Of a stretch of DNA of 64,000 nt, positions 9,512 through 18,315 are shown in pieces; the stretch's first letter is position 1, and every line of letters begins with the position of its first letter. The notes beneath the pieces were generated by a model that had not been told where the DNA came from, did not search any database, and was given only the letters and a program-made list of their open reading frames with translations. The DNA lies in the NCBI GenBank assembly GCA_038250865.1, contig JBBSBW010000010.1, positions 77,256-141,255 on the forward strand, in the 5' to 3' direction. This DNA is from Thermoanaerobaculia bacterium. Lineage in GTDB: Bacteria > Acidobacteriota > Thermoanaerobaculia > Multivoradales > UBA5704. Both the position numbers and the translations under genes were made by a program.

Positions 9512-9647
9512 CGATCTTCTCCTTGAACCAATTTAGGATGGAGCGGAAACGAGGGTTGAGCCGTCCGCCCCTTGGATCAGCCTGCTCTCATGAACAGTTC
9601 GCTGATTGTGCGGACACATTACCTACTCCTTTTCGCGCTGGGTATCG

Positions 9648-9693
9648 TCTCTAGGGAGGAGATTTACGCCCCGCCCTCCTCTCTAGGGAGGAG
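9648..9693. promoter_or_regulatory. candidate response-regulator operator (14-bp direct repeat, second copy within a near-perfect palindrome)
   Basis: TCTCTAGGGAGGAG at 9648-9661 and 9680-9693; CCTCCTCTCTAGGGAGGAGG is a 20-bp palindrome with one mismatched pair; lies between divergent genes. Confidence 0.5.
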
Positions 9694-9818
9694 GCGCCGG
9701 CCCGGGAATTCGGCTCTCAACGGTTCGCTCCATGTATAGTTGTTTTTAGATAAGCAGGATCGGCAAGACCTGCGGTCCCTAGATCCACCGATCGCTCGGT
9801 TCGTGAGGCCGGCTTGGG

Positions 9819-10568
9819 ATGGCTTTCCTCAAAGAGTGGAGACAGGCCTTGGAGAACAGTGGTTCGCTCGCGCCGGTTCGGCGGCGCCCGACGGTCATCC
9901 TGGCCGATGACCATCCGATGATTACCGGTGGCTTGAAGAAGCTGCTCGAGCCGGAGTTCGAGGTGGTGGCGGTCGCGCGCGACGGGTTGAGCCTGGTCGA
10001 GATCGCCGCCCGCTTGGCCCCTGACCTGGTGATCACCGACCTTTCGATGCCCGGCATTGATGGCATCGAGGCGACCCGCCGGCTGCGGGCAATCCGGCCG
10101 GGGGCACGGGTCCTGATCCTCTCCGTCCATGCCGAGCCCGCCTGGGTGCGCGTGGCGTTTGCGGCCGGGGCCTGCGGCTATCTGGCCAAGACCTCGGTCC
10201 CCGAGGAGATCGAGGACGCCGTCCGCGTCGTGCTCGACAACCGTTTCTACCTCTCTCCGACCGTCGCCCGCGAAACCCTGCTGCCCGCGGCCCAAGGTAA
10301 AGCCGTCCCTCAAACCTTCGACCCGGCGCCTTCGGAAGCCGGCCCGACGCTCACTCCGCGCGAACTCGAAATCCTCCGGATGGTGGGCGCGGGCCTGGGC
10401 AACAAGGAGATCGCCGGGCAGCTTGGTATGGCGTTGACCACGGTGCGCACCCACCTCTCCAGCGTCTACAAGAAGCTGGGCCTGGAAGGGCGGGTGGAGC
10501 TCGCCCTGTACGCCGCGCACCTCGAAGGAGGTGCCGCCGCCGCACCTCCGGGCGGGCCGGCGGCTTGA
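9819..10568 (+). CDS. NarL/LuxR-family response regulator
   Basis: VILADDH...PDLVITDLSMP receiver domain; LTPRELEILRMVGAGLGNKEIA LuxR HTH. Confidence 0.95.
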   Translation: MAFLKEWRQALENSGSLAPVRRRPTVILADDHPMITGGLKKLLEPEFEVVAVARDGLSLVEIAARLAPDLVITDLSMPGIDGIEATRRLRAIRPGARVLILSVHAEPAWVRVAFAAGACGYLAKTSVPEEIEDAVRVVLDNRFYLSPTVARETLLPAAQGKAVPQTFDPAPSEAGPTLTPRELEILRMVGAGLGNKEIAGQLGMALTTVRTHLSSVYKKLGLEGRVELALYAAHLEGGAAAAPPGGPAA

Positions 10569-13500
10569 AGAGCGCGGCGGCGGTCTTCGCCCAGGCGTTC
10601 GAGCAGGGTCAGGAGGCGTTCGTCGGAATCGATGCCGCCGGAACGATCGTGGCCTGGAACCGTGCGGCGGAGCAATTGTTCGGCTATGCGGCGGCGGCGG
10701 CGGTCGGCCGGCCGCTCGCCCTGCTCGGGCTGCCCGACCGAACGACCGGGCTGGCCGCTGGGGCACCAGAGCGGATCGAAAGCCTGCGCCACCGCAACGG
10801 ACGCGAGGTTCGAGTCGCCCTGCGCCGGATCGCGCTCGCCCCCGGTGAAAAAGAGGTGAGCTGGCTGCTTTCCGCCGTCGACGTCGGCGAACGCCACCAG
10901 GCGGAGGAGAAGCTCGCGGGGAGCCGGGAGGCGCTCGCGGCCAGCCGTTCCGAGCTGCGCCGGCTCGCCGCGCGCCGGGTCGCCGCAGAGGAAGAGGCGC
11001 GGTGGCGGGTGGCGCGCGAGCTTCACGACGACCTCGGCCAGCGGGTGACCGCGGCGGCCATAGAACTCAAAGTCGTGCGGCGGCGCATTCCCGACGGCGA
11101 TCCGCTGGGCCCCGACCTGAGCGCTGTTGGGGGTCTCTTGGCGGATCTCGGCGAGGACCTGCGCCGCCTGAGCCACGAGCTTCACCCCGCGGCGCTCGAA
11201 CGTTGCGGTTTGGTCGCGGCGCTCCGCGACCACTGTGTGGAGGTCGCGCGCCGCTTCGACCTGGCGATTCGCCTGAGTCTTTGCGAGATCGACGGGGCTC
11301 TGCCTCAAGACGTTGCGCTCGGCCTGTACCGCTGCGCCCAGGAGGGGCTCGCCAACGTGGTGCGGCATTCCGCGGCGCGCACGGTGCATGTGACCTTGAT
11401 GAAGGTCGAAGGCGCGATGCAGTTGAGCTTGGTCGACGACGGCGTCGGGTTCGATCCCGTCGCCGCGCGCGCAATTCGCGGCTTGGGACTTGCCAGCTTG
11501 GAAGAGCGCGCCGAGTTGCTCGGCGGCGCTTGCCGCATCGTCTCGGCTCCCGGGGCCGGCACCGAGATCGAGGTCACCGTGCCCGCCTCTCTCGAATCGG
11601 ATTTCGATTCGGACGCCGCGCCCGGCCGAGGAGGGACCAGGGCCGGCGAGCTGCCCCGCCAACTCGGGCCGTATCGCCTGCTCGAAGAGATCGGCCGGGG
11701 AGCGGCCACCGTCGTCTATCTGGCCGAGGAGCCCGCGCCTCTCAGCCGCCGGGTGGCGATCAAGCTCCATCAGAGCCCCCTGCCCGGCCGCCCCGAGACG
11801 CTGCGCTTCAAGGCCGAGCAGCAGGCGCTCGCCCGGCTTCACCATCCGGCGATCGCCGAGGTCTACGAGGCGCGCACCACGCCGGACGGCGATCCCTACA
11901 TCGTCATGGAATACGTGCCGGGCCTGGCGATCGATGCCTATTGCGACCGCTATGCCCTCGATTTGCGCCGCCGCCTGGAGCTGTTCGCGACGGTCTGCGG
12001 CGGTGTCCAACACGCGCACCAGAAAGGCATTCTCCATCGCGCGCTTTCCCCCTCGAACCTGCGGGTGATGGAGGACGGTGGGGTGGCACTGCCCAAGATC
12101 ATCGACTTCGGCGTCGCCAAAGGGCTCGACCGGCCGCTCGCCGAGAGCACCGTCTGGACCCCCGAGGACCTGGAGGGTGACCTCGCCTATCTCGCGCCCG
12201 AAGCGCTCGACGGCGGCGAGATCGACGCCCGCGCCGAGGTCTACAGCCTCGGCGCCGTGCTCTACGAGCTGCTGGTCGGCGCGGTGCCGATCGAGGTGGG
12301 CGAGGGGGGAATCGCGGCGCGGCTCGACCCGGATCGCCGGGCGATCGGCTACCCGGTGCCGCCGCCCAGCGAACGCCTCGCCTCAAGAAGCCCGGACACC
12401 GCCGCCGAGATCGTCCGGCGTCGGGGCTTTTCGCGGCCGGGGCAGCTGCGGCGCCGGGTCGCGGGGGATCTCGATCGGATCGCCGCCAAGGCGCTCGCGC
12501 TCGATCCGGCCGAACGCTACCCGACCGTCGAGGCGCTCGGCCTCGAGGTCGAACGCGCCCTGTCCGGTCAGCCGGTCGAAGCGGGCGGCCAGGGTCCTCT
12601 CCCCTCGTTCGGTCGCTTCCTGCGCCGTCACCGCCGGATCGCGGTCGCCGCTGCGCTGCTCGTGCTGGCGCTGCTCGGCGGTTGGCTCGTGAGCGCCCGG
12701 GAGGCGCGCCGCGCGGCCGAAGAAGCGACCCGGGCGGACGCCGTGGCGCAGTTCCTGGAGGATCTGTTCAAGGCGTCCGACCCGCGCGTGGCCAAGGGGG
12801 CGCCGGCCAACGCCCGCGACCTGCTTCGCCGGGGGACGGAGCGCCTGGGCACGGCGCTGGCCAACCAGCCGCTCTTGCGGGCACGGCTGCTCGACAGCCT
12901 TGGGGGCATTCACACCGATCTCGGCCTCTATGCCCAGGCGCGTCCGTTGCTCACCGAGGCGCTCGCGATCCGCGAAAAACTTCGCGGGCCCGACCACCCG
13001 GAGGTCGCCGCGACCCTCCTGCATCTCGGGGCGCTCGCGCAGCTCTCGGGCGAGGGCGACCCCGAGTCGCTTTTTCGCCGCGCTCTGGCGATCCGCGAGA
13101 AGAGCCTCGGAGAGGGGGCGCCCGAGGTGGTCGAGGCGCTGAACAAACTGGGCATTGCGCTCGCGGCCAAGGGGCGGCTCGCCGACGCGAACCCGATCCT
13201 CCACCGCGCGCTCGACCTGGCGGAAAAACTCTGGGGAGCAGAAGACCCGCGGGTGGCGAAAATCCTCCACAATCTGTCGGGGCTGGCGCTCTATCGCGGC
13301 GAGACGGCGGAGGCCGAGCGGCTGCTCGAACGGGCGCTTTCGATCCGCGAAAAGAGCCTGCCGAAAGACGACCTCGACCTCGCCGGCAGCCGCGAGGCCC
13401 TGGCGGTCCTCCGGCTCCGGCAGGGGCGTGCGGCGGAAGCGGAGGCGCTCCTGGTGCCGCTGGTGGCGACGGCGGAGAGGGTCTACGGCCCGGAGCATCC

Positions 13501-13855
13501 CGACTTCGCCCGAGCGCTATTAAACCTCGCGCTCGCGAGGAGCCAGCTCGGGCAAGACGCCGAGGCGAGCCGACTCTTCGAGCAGGCGTTGGCGATCTTC
13601 GACCGCACCCTGGCGCCCGAACACCCCATGGTCGTGCGCGCCCTGGCCAAATTCGCCGATCATCATTTCAACCACCAGCGCTACCGTGAGGCCGAACCGC
13701 TCTACCGGCGCCTGGTCGAGCTGCGCCAAAGAGGAGCCGTGCCTGAAGAATGGGACCGATCGCTCGACAACTACGCCCGCCTGCTGCGGATCGAAGGGCG
13801 CGAAGCCGAGGCGGCGCGGGTGCCGGTGGGAGTGGCGAGGGGGGGCGGCCCTTAG
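10565..13855 (+). CDS. hybrid PAS / HisKA_3-HATPase histidine kinase / Ser-Thr (pseudo)kinase / TM / TPR protein
   Basis: PAS (IVAWNRAAEQLFGY); H-box ARELHDDLGQ; QEGLANVVRHS, DDGVGFD and GLGL boxes; Hanks motifs VAIK, HRALSPSN, DFG, APE; TM; TPR repeats (ALAIREKxLGPDHP). Confidence 0.9.
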   Translation: MKSAAAVFAQAFEQGQEAFVGIDAAGTIVAWNRAAEQLFGYAAAAAVGRPLALLGLPDRTTGLAAGAPERIESLRHRNGREVRVALRRIALAPGEKEVSWLLSAVDVGERHQAEEKLAGSREALAASRSELRRLAARRVAAEEEARWRVARELHDDLGQRVTAAAIELKVVRRRIPDGDPLGPDLSAVGGLLADLGEDLRRLSHELHPAALERCGLVAALRDHCVEVARRFDLAIRLSLCEIDGALPQDVALGLYRCAQEGLANVVRHSAARTVHVTLMKVEGAMQLSLVDDGVGFDPVAARAIRGLGLASLEERAELLGGACRIVSAPGAGTEIEVTVPASLESDFDSDAAPGRGGTRAGELPRQLGPYRLLEEIGRGAATVVYLAEEPAPLSRRVAIKLHQSPLPGRPETLRFKAEQQALARLHHPAIAEVYEARTTPDGDPYIVMEYVPGLAIDAYCDRYALDLRRRLELFATVCGGVQHAHQKGILHRALSPSNLRVMEDGGVALPKIIDFGVAKGLDRPLAESTVWTPEDLEGDLAYLAPEALDGGEIDARAEVYSLGAVLYELLVGAVPIEVGEGGIAARLDPDRRAIGYPVPPPSERLASRSPDTAAEIVRRRGFSRPGQLRRRVAGDLDRIAAKALALDPAERYPTVEALGLEVERALSGQPVEAGGQGPLPSFGRFLRRHRRIAVAAALLVLALLGGWLVSAREARRAAEEATRADAVAQFLEDLFKASDPRVAKGAPANARDLLRRGTERLGTALANQPLLRARLLDSLGGIHTDLGLYAQARPLLTEALAIREKLRGPDHPEVAATLLHLGALAQLSGEGDPESLFRRALAIREKSLGEGAPEVVEALNKLGIALAAKGRLADANPILHRALDLAEKLWGAEDPRVAKILHNLSGLALYRGETAEAERLLERALSIREKSLPKDDLDLAGSREALAVLRLRQGRAAEAEALLVPLVATAERVYGPEHPDFARALLNLALARSQLGQDAEASRLFEQALAIFDRTLAPEHPMVVRALAKFADHHFNHQRYREAEPLYRRLVELRQRGAVPEEWDRSLDNYARLLRIEGREAEAARVPVGVARGGGP

Positions 13856-13916
13856 CGGTCTCGCTTTCCCGGCGCGGCCGAGAACCCTCGAACGGGGGGT
13901 AACGGGGGGTAAGGAG

Positions 13917-14309
13917 CTAAACGGTGCGTGGCATCGCGAAGCGCTCGCGAATAAGGTCCATGACGTCGCGCGTCTTCTGCCCTTCCCGCTCTTCCAGGTG
14001 GGTGACGCGTTCGTCGATCCGGCGGTAAAGAGGAGTCACCAGGGTCCGCAGCTCGTCGAGCTTGAGGTTGACCTCTTTCTCCGTCCTCTCCATCACGTGG
14101 TTGATCCCCATCATCCCTTCCGCGAGCAGCCGGGTCTCGTCCCGACTCCCCTCCAGCAGGACGTGAAGGTGGCGGATCTGCTCGTCCAACTGCTCGAAAC
14201 GTTGGCGGGTTTCCTCTCGGAGGCTCCCGACCTGCGCCTCCAACTGCTCGAATCGCTGGCGTGTCTCCTGGAACTGCCGTTCCAGATAGGTCAACAATTC
14301 CTGGTCCAT
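13917..14309 (-). CDS. coiled-coil hypothetical protein
   Basis: GGAG RBS; duplicated ETRQRFEQL; heptad pattern. Confidence 0.7.
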   Translation of the reverse strand: MDQELLTYLERQFQETRQRFEQLEAQVGSLREETRQRFEQLDEQIRHLHVLLEGSRDETRLLAEGMMGINHVMERTEKEVNLKLDELRTLVTPLYRRIDERVTHLEEREGQKTRDVMDLIRERFAMPRTV

Positions 14310-14572
14310 GTGGCTTCGTCTCCTCGGAGAGCGTACTCCCCAGCGTCTCGACAGGCTAGCACGATCGCTCCGCCCACTCTACCAGCCGTCGGCCTTGATA
14401 CGGCCTTGATCGAAGGAAACCTTTCTCCCCAAGTTAATCCGAATCCCCCGTTCCAAATCACCCCGTAACAAAACCTCCCCCAGAGCGCCCAAGCTTCTGA
14501 GCGAACACGAGAGCTGCCGATCCCTTCGGGATTTCAGGCGGTCTCCGGGGCGCCTTAAGGGAGGACTGTGCC

Positions 14573-15574
14573 GTGCCGATTCCGGGGAATGCGACGCCGC
14601 AATTTGCGGATGTTTTGGCGGGTATGTTGAGCGGGGTTTCCGCGCAGCTAATGAGCTTGCCGGTTCCTTTGCCTACGGTTTCGGTGACGGAGGCGACGCC
14701 TAAGTCGGTGGGGCTTTCGAACCTGGTCGGATTGGACAACACCTTCGGTTTGCAGTTCGCGACAATCAAAGGGGGCCGGCTGGATGTGGGGTTGAGCGTG
14801 GGGGTGGAGGCCGCCGATGCCGCGGCGGCGGATGCCGCTCTGCTCGCGGCGCATGCCACCTTGCTCGACCGTCGGCCGCAGTTGCGGGCGCGTGGGTTTC
14901 TACGTTTCGAGCCGGGCGTGCTGGCGCCGGTCGTGGAGGCTTCGGGCGTGTTCCGGCGGGCAAGCTCGTACCGTGCGCTTTATGAATACCGTTACACCGA
15001 CGTCGACGGCGCGGCGAGCCTGATCTCTCGAATCCCCGTCGATTCCGATCTCGATTCTCCTCTGGGCGGTCTCGATCCGAGCGGCCACGAGACGTGGGTT
15101 GTCACCGGCCCACTGGTCCGTTGGGACCGCGAGGGGCAATCGACGCTGCGCCTGCGCGGCCCCGGTCAATTGTTGCGTTTCTCGGCGGTCGCCTACCTGC
15201 CGGGCGCGCCTCCACCGGTTGCGGTGACGCTCACCCGCACCTATACCGGGGCGCTCGGCGCGCCGGCCGTGGCGGGCTCGCTCGCCGATCTCACCGCCTC
15301 CGCGCACGCTTCGATCACCTTTCCAACGCTCGGCGACTTTCTCAACCTGTTCGCGGCGGCGACCGAACAGGTCGAGCTGGGCGATTGGGATCTGGACGCG
15401 GTCGCCGACCGCTATGACCTGCGCGATCTGGCGCTCACCCCTGTCCTCACCCTTCCTCGATCGATCGACCGGCTCGAAATCTCGGTGGCTCCGGCCGCCG
15501 GCTGGGTGGGCGATCCCTCGGTTCTCTATCTGCGCACGCATGGCGCGCAATTCCGATTCCGTAAAGAAAACTGA
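14573..15574 (+). CDS. hypothetical first gene of tail operon (possible tail terminator/cap)
   Basis: GGAGG RBS before GTG; position immediately before the sheath gene; function inferred from position only. Confidence 0.6.
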   Translation: MPIPGNATPQFADVLAGMLSGVSAQLMSLPVPLPTVSVTEATPKSVGLSNLVGLDNTFGLQFATIKGGRLDVGLSVGVEAADAAAADAALLAAHATLLDRRPQLRARGFLRFEPGVLAPVVEASGVFRRASSYRALYEYRYTDVDGAASLISRIPVDSDLDSPLGGLDPSGHETWVVTGPLVRWDREGQSTLRLRGPGQLLRFSAVAYLPGAPPPVAVTLTRTYTGALGAPAVAGSLADLTASAHASITFPTLGDFLNLFAAATEQVELGDWDLDAVADRYDLRDLALTPVLTLPRSIDRLEISVAPAAGWVGDPSVLYLRTHGAQFRFRKEN

Positions 15575-15592
15575 CCGAAAGGAGATCCTCAC

Positions 15593-17269
15593 ATGGCCGA
15601 AACGGTGCTTCCAGGCGTATCCATCGAAGTTCGCGACGAGGGGCTGATCGTTCCCACCGCGATCACGGTGGGCAATCTCGGGGTGGTGGGGACGGCGAGC
15701 AAAGGACCGGTCGATCAGCCGGTCATCCTCGCGAGCTATGCCGATGCGCGAGCGCGCTTCGGCGAATATGACCTCTGGCAGGGCGGCACGGCGGATGAGC
15801 TGACGCTCACCCGCGCGCTGGAGCTGGCGTTCCAACATGGAGCCACGACCGCGATCGCAGTGCGGGTCTCGGCGAAAGACAACGATTCGCAGCACACGAT
15901 CCTCGCGACCCGCGCGGAGCGGGTGTTGACCGCCGGTGCGGCGACCCCCGTCAAGGTGGTGGCGAAGAGCCCCGGCACGTGGGGCAACGATCTCGAAGTG
16001 CGGATCGAAGCCGCGACCGAGAACGCGTTCGTCGAAGACGAGGACGTTCAGGGCCTGCAACTGGCGGTCGAAAAAGTGATCCAGAGCGCGCGCAACCGGA
16101 TCCGTATCCGCCCGGCGGGCGGCGGCTCCGACCGTCCGCTCGCAATCGTCTACGACACCGCGGTGGTGCCGAACCCGGGCCAGGCGGTGGTCGACCTTTC
16201 GACCGGCGCGCTCACCCTCGCGGCGGGGCTTCCCGGCGCCGACAAGGTGATCGCCTCCTACATGGCCGACAGCAGCAAGGCGGTGCAGGTGACGATCCGC
16301 CTCGGCGAGGCGAAAGAGGTCTATCCGGTGGTTTCGGGGCGCGACCTGATCCGGGACCTCGCGGCTTCGGCGTGGGTCGACGGCAAGGTCGACAACGCCG
16401 CGCACCTCGACGAGTTGCTCGACCTCACGCCGAGCTTCGATCGCTTGACCGGCGGCAGCAACGGCGCCGGTGGGGCCGATTATCAAACCGGCCTCGATCT
16501 GCTGGAAAACCAGGACGCGCACATCATCGTCGCGGCCGGCCAGGACGAATCGTTCGGCGACGAGCTGTCGGCCCATTGCGCGATCGCCTCGTCCGACTTG
16601 GTGCAGCGGAACCGCATCGGTGTGATCGGCTGCGGCTCGGCCGCGAACAAAGATGCGTTCTTGGCCAAGGCCCTCGGCCATCCGCTGTCGAGCGACCGGG
16701 TGATCTTCGTCGCCCCGGGCATCAAGACCGCCGATCGCGCGGCCGTGCCGCCGGCGGACGTTTCGCTGCCGGGTTCGTACGCGGCGGCCGCCGTAGCCGG
16801 CGTGCTGTCGAGCCTGCCGGCGCACGTGAGCTTGACCAACAAGACGCTGTTCGTGGGAGGCCTCGAATACGAGCTCTCCCGCGCGGAGCTGGAGCAGATG
16901 GTCAAGGCGCGCGTCCTCGCTTTGGAAAAGCGCCAGGGCATCCGGATCGTTCAGGGGCTCACCAGCTCGACCAACACCGCGTTTCGCCAGATCACCACGC
17001 GGCGGATCGTCGATTTCGCCTCGTTCGGCGTTCGCTCGGCCGCCAATCCGTTCATCGGCCGGCTGAACAACGAGCGGGTGCGCGGCGCGCTGCGCACCGC
17101 GATCAACGGTTTCCTCGCCGAGATGGTGCTGGACAAGATGCTGGTCAGCTACGAGCTGGCCGTCTCGGCCACGCGCGATCAGGAGATCCGCGGCATCGTC
17201 CAAGTCACCATGACCCTCCGTCCGGTGTTCAGCATCGATTACATCCGCGTCGTCATGTTCCTACAGTGA
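15593..17269 (+). CDS. contractile tail sheath protein
   Basis: VLPGVSIEV, VVGTASKGPV, AKSPGTWGN, ITTRRIVD and FIGRLNNERVR...VTMTLRPVFSIDYI sheath motifs. Confidence 0.95.
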   Translation: MAETVLPGVSIEVRDEGLIVPTAITVGNLGVVGTASKGPVDQPVILASYADARARFGEYDLWQGGTADELTLTRALELAFQHGATTAIAVRVSAKDNDSQHTILATRAERVLTAGAATPVKVVAKSPGTWGNDLEVRIEAATENAFVEDEDVQGLQLAVEKVIQSARNRIRIRPAGGGSDRPLAIVYDTAVVPNPGQAVVDLSTGALTLAAGLPGADKVIASYMADSSKAVQVTIRLGEAKEVYPVVSGRDLIRDLAASAWVDGKVDNAAHLDELLDLTPSFDRLTGGSNGAGGADYQTGLDLLENQDAHIIVAAGQDESFGDELSAHCAIASSDLVQRNRIGVIGCGSAANKDAFLAKALGHPLSSDRVIFVAPGIKTADRAAVPPADVSLPGSYAAAAVAGVLSSLPAHVSLTNKTLFVGGLEYELSRAELEQMVKARVLALEKRQGIRIVQGLTSSTNTAFRQITTRRIVDFASFGVRSAANPFIGRLNNERVRGALRTAINGFLAEMVLDKMLVSYELAVSATRDQEIRGIVQVTMTLRPVFSIDYIRVVMFLQ

Positions 17270-17301
17270 TGCCGCGAACTGGCTCTTAGGAGAACCGAGA
17301 C

Positions 17302-17847
17302 ATGCCATTGAACGACGTCTACAGCGGAGCGGACGGCACCTTGGTGCTGATCGCCGCGGGCACCGACGCTGAGTCGGCCGACGCGACCGCGATCACCAGC
17401 CTCGAAGCGTTTACGATCGCCGACGTGGGGCGCGTCACCGGAGTCGAGCTGCACGTCGACACCGACTTGCGCGAGTTCCACGAAGTGGGGCGGCGTCACG
17501 CGACCTCGCTCCACCCGGGCAACATCCACATTTGGGGCACGATCGACCGTGCGTACGTGAACGGTGCCCTGCTCTACCTGCTGCTCGGTCGCGGCGCCTC
17601 CCCCAACAATATCTCCGAGCCGTATCCCCAGCCGGCCCTGGCGATGAACCTGGTGTTTCAAAACCCCGCCGTCCCTGGCCACCGCAGCGTGATCGACGTG
17701 GTCGACATCAAGTTTGAGAACTGGGCGGTGCGCATGCCGGAAGACGAGTTCGTGATGGAGAAGGTCCGATTCCGCGCCTTGCGGATCGACGTGCGCGACC
17801 AGGAAGGCACGGAGATCCGCGTGCCGACCTTCCCCGCCGCGGCGTAA
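17302..17847 (+). CDS. tail tube protein (putative)
   Basis: 181 aa directly after sheath; beta-rich; EFHEVGRR...GNIHIWGTIDR and VMEKVRFRAL tube-like pattern. Confidence 0.7.
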   Translation: MPLNDVYSGADGTLVLIAAGTDAESADATAITSLEAFTIADVGRVTGVELHVDTDLREFHEVGRRHATSLHPGNIHIWGTIDRAYVNGALLYLLLGRGASPNNISEPYPQPALAMNLVFQNPAVPGHRSVIDVVDIKFENWAVRMPEDEFVMEKVRFRALRIDVRDQEGTEIRVPTFPAAA

Positions 17848-17859
17848 AGGAGCCGAGCC

Positions 17860-18315
17860 GTGCCCCTTTCCGCGGAAGACCTGCTCGCCGGCGGCGCGCT
17901 CACCCACGAGGTGGAGCTGCCGGCGAGTTTCCTGGCCGAGGGGGCGACCTCCGGCCAGGTCTCCTTGCGACCGCTCACCGTGCGCGACCTGCAACGCATC
18001 GCCAAGGCCGCCCCCGGCGACGAAGATCTCGCCGCCGCGCTGATGGTTCAGCTCGCCCTGGTCGAGCCGGCCCTTTCGATCGATCAGGTCCACAAGCTCC
18101 CCGCGGGGCTCGCGCGTTTCCTGGTCGAAAAGATCAACGAGCTGTCGGGTATCTCCACCCCGCGCGACGCGCTCGAAGAGCTGGTGCAGGCGCCTCTCGC
18201 CCGGGCCTGCTTCCAGCTCGCCAAAGAGTTCGGCTGGACCCCGGAAGAGGTGAGCGGCATGACCATCGGCCAGATCCTGCTCTACCTCGAAATGGTGCGG
18301 AGAGACCGCAAGTGA
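17860..18315 (+). CDS. tail assembly chaperone (gpG/gpE-like with fused C-terminal extension)
   Basis: VSLRPLTVRDL chaperone motif; C-terminal FGWTPEEVSGMT resembles the P2 gpE' segment. Confidence 0.7.
   Translation: MPLSAEDLLAGGALTHEVELPASFLAEGATSGQVSLRPLTVRDLQRIAKAAPGDEDLAAALMVQLALVEPALSIDQVHKLPAGLARFLVEKINELSGISTPRDALEELVQAPLARACFQLAKEFGWTPEEVSGMTIGQILLYLEMVRRDRK

Noticed and set aside
14900-17203. Long antisense/alternative-frame ORFs (also 28783-30537, 54499-56229, 7826-9526 and others)
   Set aside because: Shadow ORFs typical of high-GC DNA opposite genes with clear motifs
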